DNA of 64,000 bases from Hormiphora californensis. Its lineage: Eukaryota; Animalia; Ctenophora. The stretch is taken from assembly GCA_020137815.1 (NCBI GenBank), contig CM035356.1, positions 8,231,149 through 8,295,148 of the forward strand. The letters run 5' to 3'. The position numbers were made by a program, and so were the translations under genes. Positions 23,801-35,800 of this stretch are shown here, piece after piece (within the stretch, counting starts at the first letter, position 1; each line of letters opens with the position of its first letter). Under the pieces are notes generated by a model. The model had not been told where the DNA came from, did no database searches, and saw nothing but the letters and a program-made list of their open reading frames with translations.

Positions 23801-26800
23801 CCAAGGCTAAGATTAGTAAAGTAGGACCAAAATAGGGCCAAGGCTAAGGTTAGTAAAGTAGGACCAAAATAGGGCCAAGGCTAAGGTTAGTAAAGTAGGA
23901 CCAAAATAGGGCCAAGGCTAAGGTTAGTAAAGTGGGACCAAAATAGGGCCAAGGCTAAGGTTAGTAAAGTAGGACCAAAATAGGGCCAAGGCTAAGGTTA
24001 GTAAAGTGGACCAGAATAGGGCCAAGGCTAAGGTTAGTAAAGTAGGACCAAAATAGGGCCAAGGTTAGTAAATTTAAAGTGGGGCGGTTTTACTCTCTTT
24101 TTTTAATACTCTCTTTGGGTATCATTTTTTCAGACTGTCCTGTCTCTCGGTGCCGTCACAATATATTTCGTCCCACTTTCCATTCCAACACTAAAAAACA
24201 GTTTTCTAACCTCCTCACTAACCCGGCCTACCATCCCTTTAGTTGGCATCCAAACTGGGTGTCTCCGTCGCTGAGATCCGGAATGTGATTATCTGGGGGA
24301 ACCACTCAGGAACCCAGTTCCCAGATGCTCGACATGCCACTGTCGTGGTTAGTGGTGAGGAGAAGAACCTTACTGAGGTCCTCAGTGATGATGCTTGGGT
24401 TAAGTCTGAATTCATCGAGGTTAGTTGAGAAGTGAGGAGGTGTCTATAATGTGAAACCATTTCAATTCAATATATTAGTTTGTTATGTTCTAACCCTCCC
24501 TTTACATTTGTAAAGTCTAGCCAGGCAAATATTAGGAATGTTTTTCACAGACACAAGACACTTAACCAATGGCATTTTCCCCTAATCCCTTCATTGTACC
24601 CATCCCCTCCACTATTAATCCGCCGCCCCCAACCCCTCCAATTGTTCTTGTACCCTCCTCTATCCCCCTCCACTATTTATCCCCCCCCCCCCCAATTTAT
24701 CTTGTCCCCATCCAACCCATCCCCTCCCCAGACGATCCAACAGAGAGGTGCAGCTGTTATCAACCCCTCACACCCCATCCCCCCCCAATTTATCTTGTCC
24801 CCATCCAATCCATCCCCTCCCCAGACGATCCAACAGAGAGGTGCAGCAGTTATCAAGGCCCGAGGTTTGAGTAGTGCCATGTCCGCTGCCAAGGCCATCG
24901 GGGACCACATACATGATTGGTGGTTCGGAACTGCGGAGGGACAGTGGACTAGTATGGGGGTCGTTAGTGATGGGAGTTATAACATTCCTGAGGGTGTCAT
25001 CTACTCGTTCCCGGTAATTAATTAATTAGTAACTACCGCTAATTACATGATATGATTACAGGATTTAAACAGGATTTAAACAGGATTTAAACAATATACA
25101 TCTATAATCATAATGGTACTTCATTGTCAGATGAAAAAAAAAGTTAAAGATGCTAAGGTGTTTAAAGTTAATTTAAGTTTACAATCATTAGGCAAAAACA
25201 TGGCGCTCGGGTATAAAAGGAAAACGTACATGAAGGGAATAAATAAATAAATTAAAAAGACACAATAAAAGGGCTAAAAAGCGTAAAGTGGTCAACAAGG
25301 GCAGGGTTAAAGATTATAGGGGAAAAAAGGGGGGAGCGATATAAAAATTAAAACGTGTAGTAGTAAAAAAAAGAATAAATCTCGTAGAAAAATAAAACTC
25401 AGGGGGACGGGAAAAACTGCAGCAGGCAAGCAAAATTTACAAATATAAAACACGTATGTAAGACTTGGGCGCTGTACTCCTAATAATACACTCCCAACGT
25501 CGTACCACTAGATAATAGCTCAGAATAATGCACTAACCAGGGTAACAAAGTAAACACGCGATATGACTATTGGCAAGAAATGGAATAAGTAATACATCAC
25601 AATGATGGGCTAAAACACTCACAGTTGTCGTTCCTCTTACGGTTGTCGTCCTCAGTAATCCACTTCCTCATCCGGGTAGTCCTCGGCCTCCACTCACATA
25701 GGGTCGCAGCAGCACCGCAGCATAACAGTAGTATCAGGGTCTGGCATAGTTCAGGCCGAGGTTCCAGGGATAGATTATCCGGGCAGAAGTTATTCGGGCA
25801 TAGGTTCCCTGTAGAGAGTTTCCGGGTAGAACAGCATCGGGATCAGGATCGTAGAGAGAGAGTCTGGAACTGTCTTTACTGGAACTCCTCTCTCCAACTC
25901 GTCGTGATGGAACTGCCTCTCAATGGAAAATAAGGTCCCTTATATAATCATTTCCGCCAGAATTAGAATGGACCTCTGCCAGAATTGAGCACCTCCGCCA
26001 CAAACAGATAGGATCTCTGCCAGATAGGACGGAGCAGAGATCCGCCAAATAGGACGGATCAGCTGTACTATAGCAACCAGCATTGTATCGGGTTACATTC
26101 ATTCCAAACATGAGGCTGTTAGTATCAGGTTACATTCATGATTCATCCCACAACACTGCAGTGCTGGCAAGCACTGCGGTATAAATATATGCACACGGTT
26201 CCCCGTGTACACTCCCGCACCAGAAGTCAAGAGCGGAGCGATGAAAGTTAAATTAGCAAACCAGCTCCCTTAACTCCTGATTTTTTTGTTGCTCTCTCCT
26301 CTCTCGTCCGATGAATTGTCCGTAAAAGCTTGAAATATCTTCACACGACCCGTGTACACTCCCTCACCAAAGATGAAGTTTGACTCATCTTAATCCGCAG
26401 ACCACTCTAATACTCTATGATCCACTGCCACTGCTTCCGCTGTTGCAACCTCTATATAATCTCTTCATTGTCCATATAATTGTCCTTTTCTCGCTCCATT
26501 CCATTATCGACTCTTCGACACAACATGCATGTCTTTCAAAATTTACTAAAAATTCCTTAAAAAATTAGTGAAACCCGCAAGAATACATAATCATAAAAAT
26601 CTTGAAAAAGTGAACTAATTAAAAAAAATTCACACCGATTATATCATTATTCATGACTGGGCAACTGTCATCTGGGACTTCTTTCCTCCCGAGTTCGGGT
26701 TTACTCCATCCCATCGAGTTGAACCCACTCACTAGATCCCATCTCATGATCTCATCTAGCGAGCTGTCATTTAGAAATCATTTCCACAAAATCAATATAC

Positions 26801-29800
26801 TTTCTCTATACAAATAATTTCAATTTCTCTTCTCTTTCTACAATCTTCCCAAAAAACAGAATATATATGGAAAATGTTCATCCTCACGGTTATTTTAGAC
26901 AACTAATCAACTCACTCATTGTAATTGTCCTCGTATTTTCTTCAAATTCCCCAGACTTCATCTCCTCCTCCCATCGCTGGGAACGTTGTCTCCTATCTTT
27001 AGCACAGTTTTTCTTAACTGTATTAAGAGTAATTCTCCTCGCACTGTATCTGGAACACACGATCTCGAACACTTTTCCACCATCTGGAACAATTCTTCTC
27101 CTCCACCATCTAGAACAATTCTTCATTTCCACCATCTGGAACAATCCTTCTTCTCCAACATCTCGAACAATCCTTCTTCTCCAACATCTCGAACAATCCT
27201 TCTTCTCCCACATCTGGAACAATTTTTCTCCTCCACCTTCTGGAACAACTCTTCTCCTCCACTATTTGGAACAATTCTTCTCCTTTGCCTTCTGGAGCAA
27301 TTCTACATCCGTTCTTTTCTGTAACACAACCTCCATTTCACAACCATTTCACAACCTCCATTTCTCTATCTCGAACACATCCTCCTCTATATATCTCATC
27401 CTCTCTTCGCTGGTGACGCTGTCTCATCCTCTCTTCACTGGGAACTGTATCTCATCCTCTCTTCACTGGGAACTATTTCACCTCCTCTCTTCACTGGGAA
27501 CTATTTCACCTCCTCTCTTCACTGGGAACTATTTCACCTCCTCTCTTCACTGGGAACTATTTCACCTCCTCTCTTCACTGGGAACTATATCTCCTTCTCC
27601 CTTCGGGACACCTACTCCTCAAACTTTGTCGTCTAATCCTTTGCCCAGTTACCCGACCAAAACCAAGACTTATAAAGGCACTATTATGACATATTCCTCT
27701 TCTTCCAGATTTCTTCGTACTGTATAGCCAGTTCGCCAATTAGACCTTCATTCCATGTTTTCTATCACTCGCATCTCCATTATTCATTAATCTGGCCTCT
27801 AACCCTTACCTCTCCTGATTCGAGGTTGTCCTATGTTGAGAACAAGTAGTCAGCTCGTCTCTATCAGCATTCACAGTGACTAATTGCTTCTGCTGACGCG
27901 GACAGTTCCTCTAAATAACAAGTCGTCACTTGTTGCAACGTTGCTTATCGAGATCTCAATATGCTGTGTGATTCAGTCACATTTTCTGTCTTTTTAGGGG
28001 GCTTTGTCCCTACATACCTAGGTCGCCTAGGTGAAACCACACACAGCCGTGACTCTTCTTCTGGGTTACGCCATAATTTCTTGCAAGTAGAACTATAATA
28101 CTCCCCTACATTTCTGGGACAAGTATTGTTACCTCTCTAATCTGGAATAGGTCTCATCACCTCGACTCTCTGGAACAGGTATCCTCTCCTCGCCTCTCTG
28201 GAACATATGTCCTCACCTTGCCTCTCTGGAACAGGTCTCATCACCTCGCCTCTCTGGAACAGGTCTCATCACCTCGCCTCTCTGGAACAGGTCTCATCAC
28301 CTCGCCTCTCTGCAACAGGTGTCCTCACCTCGCCTCTCTGGAACAGGTGTCCTCACCTCGCCTCTCTGCAACAGGTGTCCTCACCTCGCCTCTCTGCAAC
28401 AGGTGTCCTCACCTCGCCTCTCTGCAACAGGTGTCTTATCTCCCTTCATTTGAGGAGCACTTCTTGTCTCCACTCACTTGAATAACAATGGTCGACACCA
28501 ATCGGTCGCGGTGCTAGACACAATGTGTCCTCTCATGCACACCTTTTACCGTGTCATTTAAAATCTATACAATGATCCTCATCTCCCCTTTCAATTATTT
28601 TGCTCGAGAGGGCTCCACTGATAAATCTAGCTTCAGGGATGAATAACCCATCTCCTCACTGGTCAATTAAAAGGTTTAAAACATTGCGACAGGAACATCT
28701 TCTGTCTCCTCTCAACAGGAACAAATCACCTCCTTATCTCGGGTTCTGAATCGTTTACAACAAACTTTATTGACTCTCTTGGTGAGCCCGCCACTTCATC
28801 TTGAACCTCACACTTCCTGGTAGTGACTCACAAAGTGGTTTTACTATCCCACCTACCACTTGCCTTGAGCTTCGCGACTTGTGAATCTGCCTCCCCCTCC
28901 CATGTAATGGGACTCTTTAATGAGTCTTTCTGTCGTTTCTGGATAAGGTCGCAATATCATTTCTACTTTTCTCTCCGGAATTAGTCTCACCACCTCTCTT
29001 TAAATCTGGATTAATCAACTCTGGATCAGGTTTCAAACTCTCCTCTCTCTCTCTCTGGATCAGGTCACCTCAATTCTTCTCTCTGGATGAGGTCACAACT
29101 CCTCTTTTCCTAGACTGGTTCACCTCACCTCTTCTTTCTGACTGACTGATGAAGTATCATCATGAGTCCTCACTTTTCTCATTTCGGAATGGGTCTCGTC
29201 ATCTGTTTCCTCTGTATCAAGTTTGAACACTTCTCTCTTGATTTAGTCTCAATACCTCTACTATCCGGGTCGCCTCCAGGTTCTACTGCATCACCTCTCA
29301 TGTATCTTTAAATCTCATCTTTGGAACAGCTCCTCTATCTAAAATCGTTCTTTTCACCGTCTCGTGAGCATCTCCCTTATCAATACACTTACTTTGTCGC
29401 CGGGGCTTCGCTTATTAAGCTAGTGTTCACTAGTAAAAGGAATGAATAACCCAACTCACAACTTAGCAACGTACCAAGGTAGTTTCAAAGTGGCCTAACT
29501 TAGCCGTTTCTCCTCACAAAAACAATGTTTTGTATTCCATGCTCTGGCTGTGTTCTCATTATTTGGAACCTCCAACATCTTCTAGTCCTCTCCTCAGGGT
29601 CTTCAACATCTTCTGTCCTCTCCTCGGGTCTTCAACATCTTCTGTCCTCTCCTCGGGTCTTCAACATCTTCTGTCCTCTCCTCGGGTCTTCAACATCATC
29701 GGTTCTCTCCTCGGGGTCTTCAACATTGTCTGTCCTTTCCTCGGGTCTTAAACATCTTCTGTCTACTCCTCAGGGTCTTTAAACATCTTCTTTCCTCTCC

Positions 29801-32800
29801 TCGGGGTCTTCAACATCTTCTGGTCCTCTCCTCGGGGTCTTCAACATCTTCTATCCTCTCCTCGGGTCTTCAACATCATCGGTTCTCTCCTCGGGGTCTT
29901 CAACATCTTCTATCCTCTCCTCTGGTCTTCAACATCTTCTGTCCTCTCCTCGGGTTCTTCAACATCTTCGGTTCTCTCCTCGGGGTCTTCAACATCTTCT
30001 GTCCTCTCCTCGGGGTCTTCAACATTTTCTGTCTTCTCCTCGGGGTCTTCAACATCTTCTGTCTTTTCCTCGGGGTCTTCAACATCTTCTGTCCTCTCCT
30101 CAAGGCCTTCAACATCTTCTTTCTTCTCCCCGGGGTCTCCAACATCTTCTGTCCTCTCCTCGGGGTCTTTAACATCTTCTTAGCTTCCCCCAGAATCTGG
30201 AACATCCTCTGGTCCTCTCCTCAGAATCTGGAACAACCTCTGGTCCTCTCCTCCGAATCTGGAACATCCTCTGGTCCTCTCCTCAGAATCTGGAACATCC
30301 TCTGGTCCTCTCCTCAGAATCTGGAACATCCTCTGGTCCTCTCCTCAGAATCTGGAACATCCTCTGGTCCTCTCCTCGAAATCTGGAACATCCTCTGGTC
30401 CTCTCCTCAGAATCTGGAACATCCCCTGGTCCTCTCCTCAGAATCTGGAACATCCTGGATTCCTCTCGTGAATCAGGATCTACAATTTGTTCTAGTCATC
30501 GTCTCATGGATTTTAGTTTGATTTTTGTTTTGTTTTGAGCTGTGCTGCCGCCCTACCACCCTATATTTCGAAAATTGTTGTGCACAGCTCCCATTCCCAG
30601 CTGTTTCTTGTCTTGTCTTGTCTTGGAAACAGTTGTGGTCCCACGCTGATCTGAAAATAACAGTGTAAGTAAGTTTAAAATTTTGAATTTAAAAGCAAAA
30701 CTCAAATAAAAATATCTACACAGACAAATGTAAAAATGTCCCTCCATCAGTCCACCATGCGTCCTTTTTTCAATCTATGCAACCTCCTCTACATTCCGTA
30801 AACCGTGCGTACTGACACTGTCACGGAGTCAACCTCCGCTCCACTATCAGCCATCCCACTATCGGAATCGTCCCTCATTTCACCACCCTGTTCGCTCTCG
30901 GGGGAAGGCAGGGCCGCATTATATGCCTTCTCCAAAGCTTCTACCCAATCAGCTTCCTTCTCAGCTCCTTCTTCTATTGGCACCCCGCTGTGGACTTCTT
31001 GTCTTTCAACCTCATGATCCACCTTCTCTCTCAGTCTCTTTAGTTCCTCTGAATTTTCCTTAACAATTTCCTCCATCCGCTTCCGTTGCTTTCTTTCTTT
31101 CTCCAATTTCTTCTTCAACTGTGTTCTTTTTCTCTTCTCGCGTAACCTTTCTTCACTCTCCTGCTTCCTCAGACTCTCTTCTGTCATATTTTCAGCTATG
31201 TGAATGTACTTCTCCTTCCAATAATCTATTTTTTTCCTCATACAAATTTTTTCTAGGAACGTACACCGTACCCTTCTCTTGAGCCTCCTTTATTTTCTTA
31301 TTGTAATAATAACGCCTGTCTCGGGCTCTTTTTAGTTCCCTGGCTCTGTCGGGAGCATTTGGACCCCAATCTTCTCCGCTTCCGTTTCTTCTCTTCGGCC
31401 TACACCGCTTCCTTACATTAGCCGTCCCTGCATTGTTCTTGTTCTTCACTCTCCTTATCTCTCTCTGATCGGCTCCTCCAAGCGCTTCCTCGCATCCCAA
31501 CCCTTCGGCTCTCCCTCTTCCATCACTTTCTCCACCTATTTTACCCTTCCCACAGTCATTCCCCTCTTCCTCTCGAAGCTGCTGACCACTTGGAGTCGGC
31601 TGTGACTCCACCTCCGGCTCTTCCAGGCTCTCCAGCCATCGGTCTACTTCAATTTCTCTTTCTCTCACTCTTTCTTGTTCTCGTTCTCTTTCTTTTTCTC
31701 TTTCATTCTCTTGTTCTCGTTCTCTGTTCTTCTCTCCTTCTCTTATTCTTTCTCGTTCTCCTTCTCTTCCTCTTTCATTATCATGCTCTGCCCCTCTTGG
31801 GCTTGCTAACGCTGGCAAGTCCAGCCTCTCAGAGTAAGCAATTGACTCTGCCCCCAGATCTTCCACAAATGAATAATTCCTTGATCCAGGGCACCCGACC
31901 CCTGTCCAAACATTAGGGGAGGGCGACAAAAACTCCGGCACCCGTAGCCCCGCACATTCCTCCATGTCCATATTCATAATGTTCTAAGAAAGTTATAGGA
32001 TTCAAAACTTTATTAAATAAAGCATTTAACAACTTCCAAATCCAAAACGAAACTGAATCCGCAACTGATGGAACAATTCGAACTCCGGAGTTTCCTGTCG
32101 ATATATACGACGGTTGTTCGACCTCCTCTCTATCTGCAAATAAATTAAAAACGACGCTATGGGTTACCGACCATAGTACAAAAGAAGCTGTTGTTAGTAA
32201 AGTAAGAGGTAAAAAGCTTCAACAAATAGCAATCAAATATTAATATCAAACAACACGTATCCCCCTCTGTGGATATCTTGATTTAGGATAAGGTTTCTAA
32301 GGTAAAAACTGATGGACAATAAATTAAGTACAAGGCTATGGGTTACCGCCCATAGTAGAAAAGAAACTTTTGCTAGTAAAGTAGGAGGTAAAAAGTTTCA
32401 ACAAATAAATAAATAGTTATAACAAACAACACGTATCCCCCTCTGTTGATATCTTGATTTAGGATTAGGTTTCGAAGACAAAAAGTGATGCACACACGAC
32501 AGGCACCTACGGGCAATGAATTAAGAATTTGTCTCTCTCCATATTCATGTGTGTTGGTTTTCCCCCATGGAAATGTGATCCAAGTTACCTGGCGACCGAC
32601 TTATATTATATATGCCTTTCTTTTATTTCTTTCCCATTTTTACGACTCTCTCTTTCTCTCACCCTTTTCTCTCTCTCTCTCTCTCTCCCTCTCTCTCCAT
32701 CTCTCTCTCTCTCTCTCTTTCTTTGTCCTAGGTGCTTGTTAGAAGGTGCAACAAATCTCATGACCGGCCGTGCCTATTCGGATGACTGGCCACCCAATTA

Positions 32801-35800
32801 TAGTGCATCAGCATGGCTTATCCCATTCAAATACATTTATGAGCACGCAAAAATATGTGTCCCTGCTCACAAAAATGCACAATGAACCATGCAACGACGT
32901 GCTGATAATTAATTGTTAATCCCATGATGCTATCATCCTGCTATTCATTGTCGAGTTTGATCTGTACACGGTCCATATTTTGCCTCTCTCTATCCCCATA
33001 TCTCTCGATCTCTATCCAAACAACTACTATCAGAAATAATATACCGCTATGGCTCACGCCTCACAGGCCCCTTTCTGGATGTTACTCTCACTTTTAGGCT
33101 CTCTATGGCTATTCTATCTCCATCTCTCTTCTTTCACACTCTCCCTCTTTCGTTTTCTCGATATCCTTCTCTTTCACTCACTACCCCTCTATCTTTATCA
33201 CTATCTCTAGTTCTTATTTCTCTCCCTTAGAGCTTCCTCTCTTCATCTTTTCTAAAACTCTATTCTTCTGGATCTGGGCTTTCCACTACCACTTTTTCTG
33301 TTATTATGTCACCCTATGACCATCCTACACTCTATTAAAGTATTATATATCTTGACTAGGATTGTCTTTAAATAAAGTAAACCCAAGCGCCTCGAAAATC
33401 GATCCAATAAAAAGTATGACATAAGAAATATGATATACTTTATGCAGGTAATGATTCAACAAGTTCACTATCCAGCTCTTTTTGGTGCTCTTTCTACTAT
33501 ATCTTTCTATCACTTTACCTTTCGAACTCAGGTCCCCATTCTAGTCCCGAATCTCTCTTCCTCTATATCTTATTCTCACTCTATCTCTCCCTTTCTCTAT
33601 CTACCCTTTCTCCCTCTCACTCTATATCTTTGACTTGGCCACATTAATACCTGAGTGAGATCGACGTCGCGAGAATATGTTGCAATGGAGCCAAATCTTT
33701 GACTCTGACTCTCTATATCTCTCGCTATCCCTCTCTTTCAATCTATCACTTTCTCTCTCCGGTCCTCTCTTTCTCTCTTTAGTCTCGATCTAGTCTCTCT
33801 TAACGATTCTCACTTTTTTCCCTCTCTCTCTTCTCCCACTGTTTTGCACCTTTTCCCTCTGACTATGCCTCCGTTTATTTATCCTTCTATCTATCTGACT
33901 CTCTCTCTCTCTCTGACTCTCAATCTATCCCTGTCTACAGTATATCTCTGGAAGCCTGTTTTCCTAATTATGGGCATTTATTATCTCTCGTGCTAGTGGT
34001 TTGAAATTTCCCTCCATCACCATTCACCAGTTATAATTCTAATTCTGTTCACATATCCTTCTACTAACTTGGTAATATTATACCTATGCTATGACCTCAA
34101 CTCTTTCTCTCTAGATCTCTTTCTAATATGGAAAGGTCCTTCTCTCTCTCTGGGTCCCACATGAATCTCTGAAATCTTCACACCGGTTATTTGTAAGCTC
34201 AATCACTGATTTTCAAAATCCAAATATGAACAACTGCATCTTATCTAGTTCTCTGGGTCTTACTCTTACCTCTCCACTCACCTCTCTGTATCTCATTGTT
34301 TCTCCTCTCTTTCTGCCGCTGCTCCTCTCTATATCAGCCTCTCTCTGTTATACTTCTGCATCTCTAACTCTCTCCGGTTTTTCTTCTCTATACCCTCTAT
34401 CTCTTTACTACCTCTAGTCTCTCTACATGTGTATTTCTACCCTTCTCTCTTTCCCCAGTTTGCTGTACCTACCCTAGAGGTTACTCCGTAACCAAATAGT
34501 TGGGGAGTACAAAATTGTAGAGGCATGCAAAAATATGTTTCTTGACTCACTTAGAAAGCAAGACCAAAAGCCCAGAAACTCAACAAACTATTCTGCACGT
34601 GTTTCAACACGTACACTTCCCTGCAAAAAAATATCTAAAAGCGATTTAACTTATAATTTATATATCAGATATCTATTATACCTCGACCAAAACGCGGAGT
34701 TTTTACGTCAGCCGACCCGAAACCGGATTAAATTTGGCCACCCGCTGGTCTCAGGGCCTCCAAATACGTCAAAATATGTTTAAATTATCATTTGGGATCA
34801 TGCAGACCTTTTAATTACATGTAATTACCCTTTAATTACATGTAATTACATTTTAATTACATGTAATTACTTCCAATTACATTCCAATTACTTTAGGACC
34901 TCGAGAGCTTTCGAAGGCACCCTAGAACACCTTTCTACTCCTTATAATTGCCGAGTTCTGTATACCCCTTATTTTGACTGTTTTTCGCGTCCTACCCCTT
35001 ATAGGTTTGGGTATGGTCATCGCCACACCCCCTATACGTCGCGGGACCTCGAGACCTTTCCAACGAGCCATAGAACACCTCTCTACTACTTCAGGGGGCT
35101 TCAAAACTTTCACTCTAAAAATATCTATGGTTATGGTTTTATGGTTTTATGGTTATATCGACCAAAACGCGGAGTTTTTACGTCAGCCGACCCGAAACCG
35201 GATTAAATTTGGCCACCCGCTGGTCTCAGGGCCTCAAAATATGTCAAAATATGTTTAAATTATCATTTGGGATCATGCAGACCTTTTAATTACATGTAAT
35301 TACCCTTTAATTACATGTAATTACACTTTAATTACATGTAATTACTTCCAATTACATTCCAATTACTTCAGCACCTCGAGAGCTTTCGAACGCACCCTAG
35401 AACACCTTTCTACTCCTTCTAATTGCCGAGTTCTGTATACCCCTTATTTTGACTGTTTTTCGCGTCCTACCCCTTATAGGTTTAGGTATGGCCATCACCA
35501 CACCCCCTATACGTCGCGGGACCTCGAGACCTTTCCAACGAGCCATAGAACACCTCTCTACTACTTCAGGGGGCTTCAAAACTTTCACTCTAAAAATATC
35601 TATGGTTTTATGGTTTTATGGTTATGGTTATGGTTTTATGGTTTTACCTCGACCAAAACGCGGAGTTTTTACGTCAGCCGACCCGAAACCGGATTAAATT
35701 TGGCCACCCGCTGGTCTCAGGGCCTCAAAATATGTCAAAATATGTTTAAATTGTCAGTTGGGGTCATTTGGACCTTTTAATTACATGTAATTACCCTTTA

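Noticed and set aside
22250-24065. Canonical recursive-splicing ratchet points (AG|GT in each unit)
   Set aside because: The AGs lack an upstream polypyrimidine tract; the unit is purine-rich
22226-24072. CRISPR-like 37-bp repeat array
   Set aside because: Units are head-to-tail with no unique spacers, derive from the MDH1 exon/donor, and there are no cas genes; eukaryotic context
26867-27727. 286-aa ORF in the LTR element
   Set aside because: Antisense to the element and largely made of 27-30-bp minisatellites
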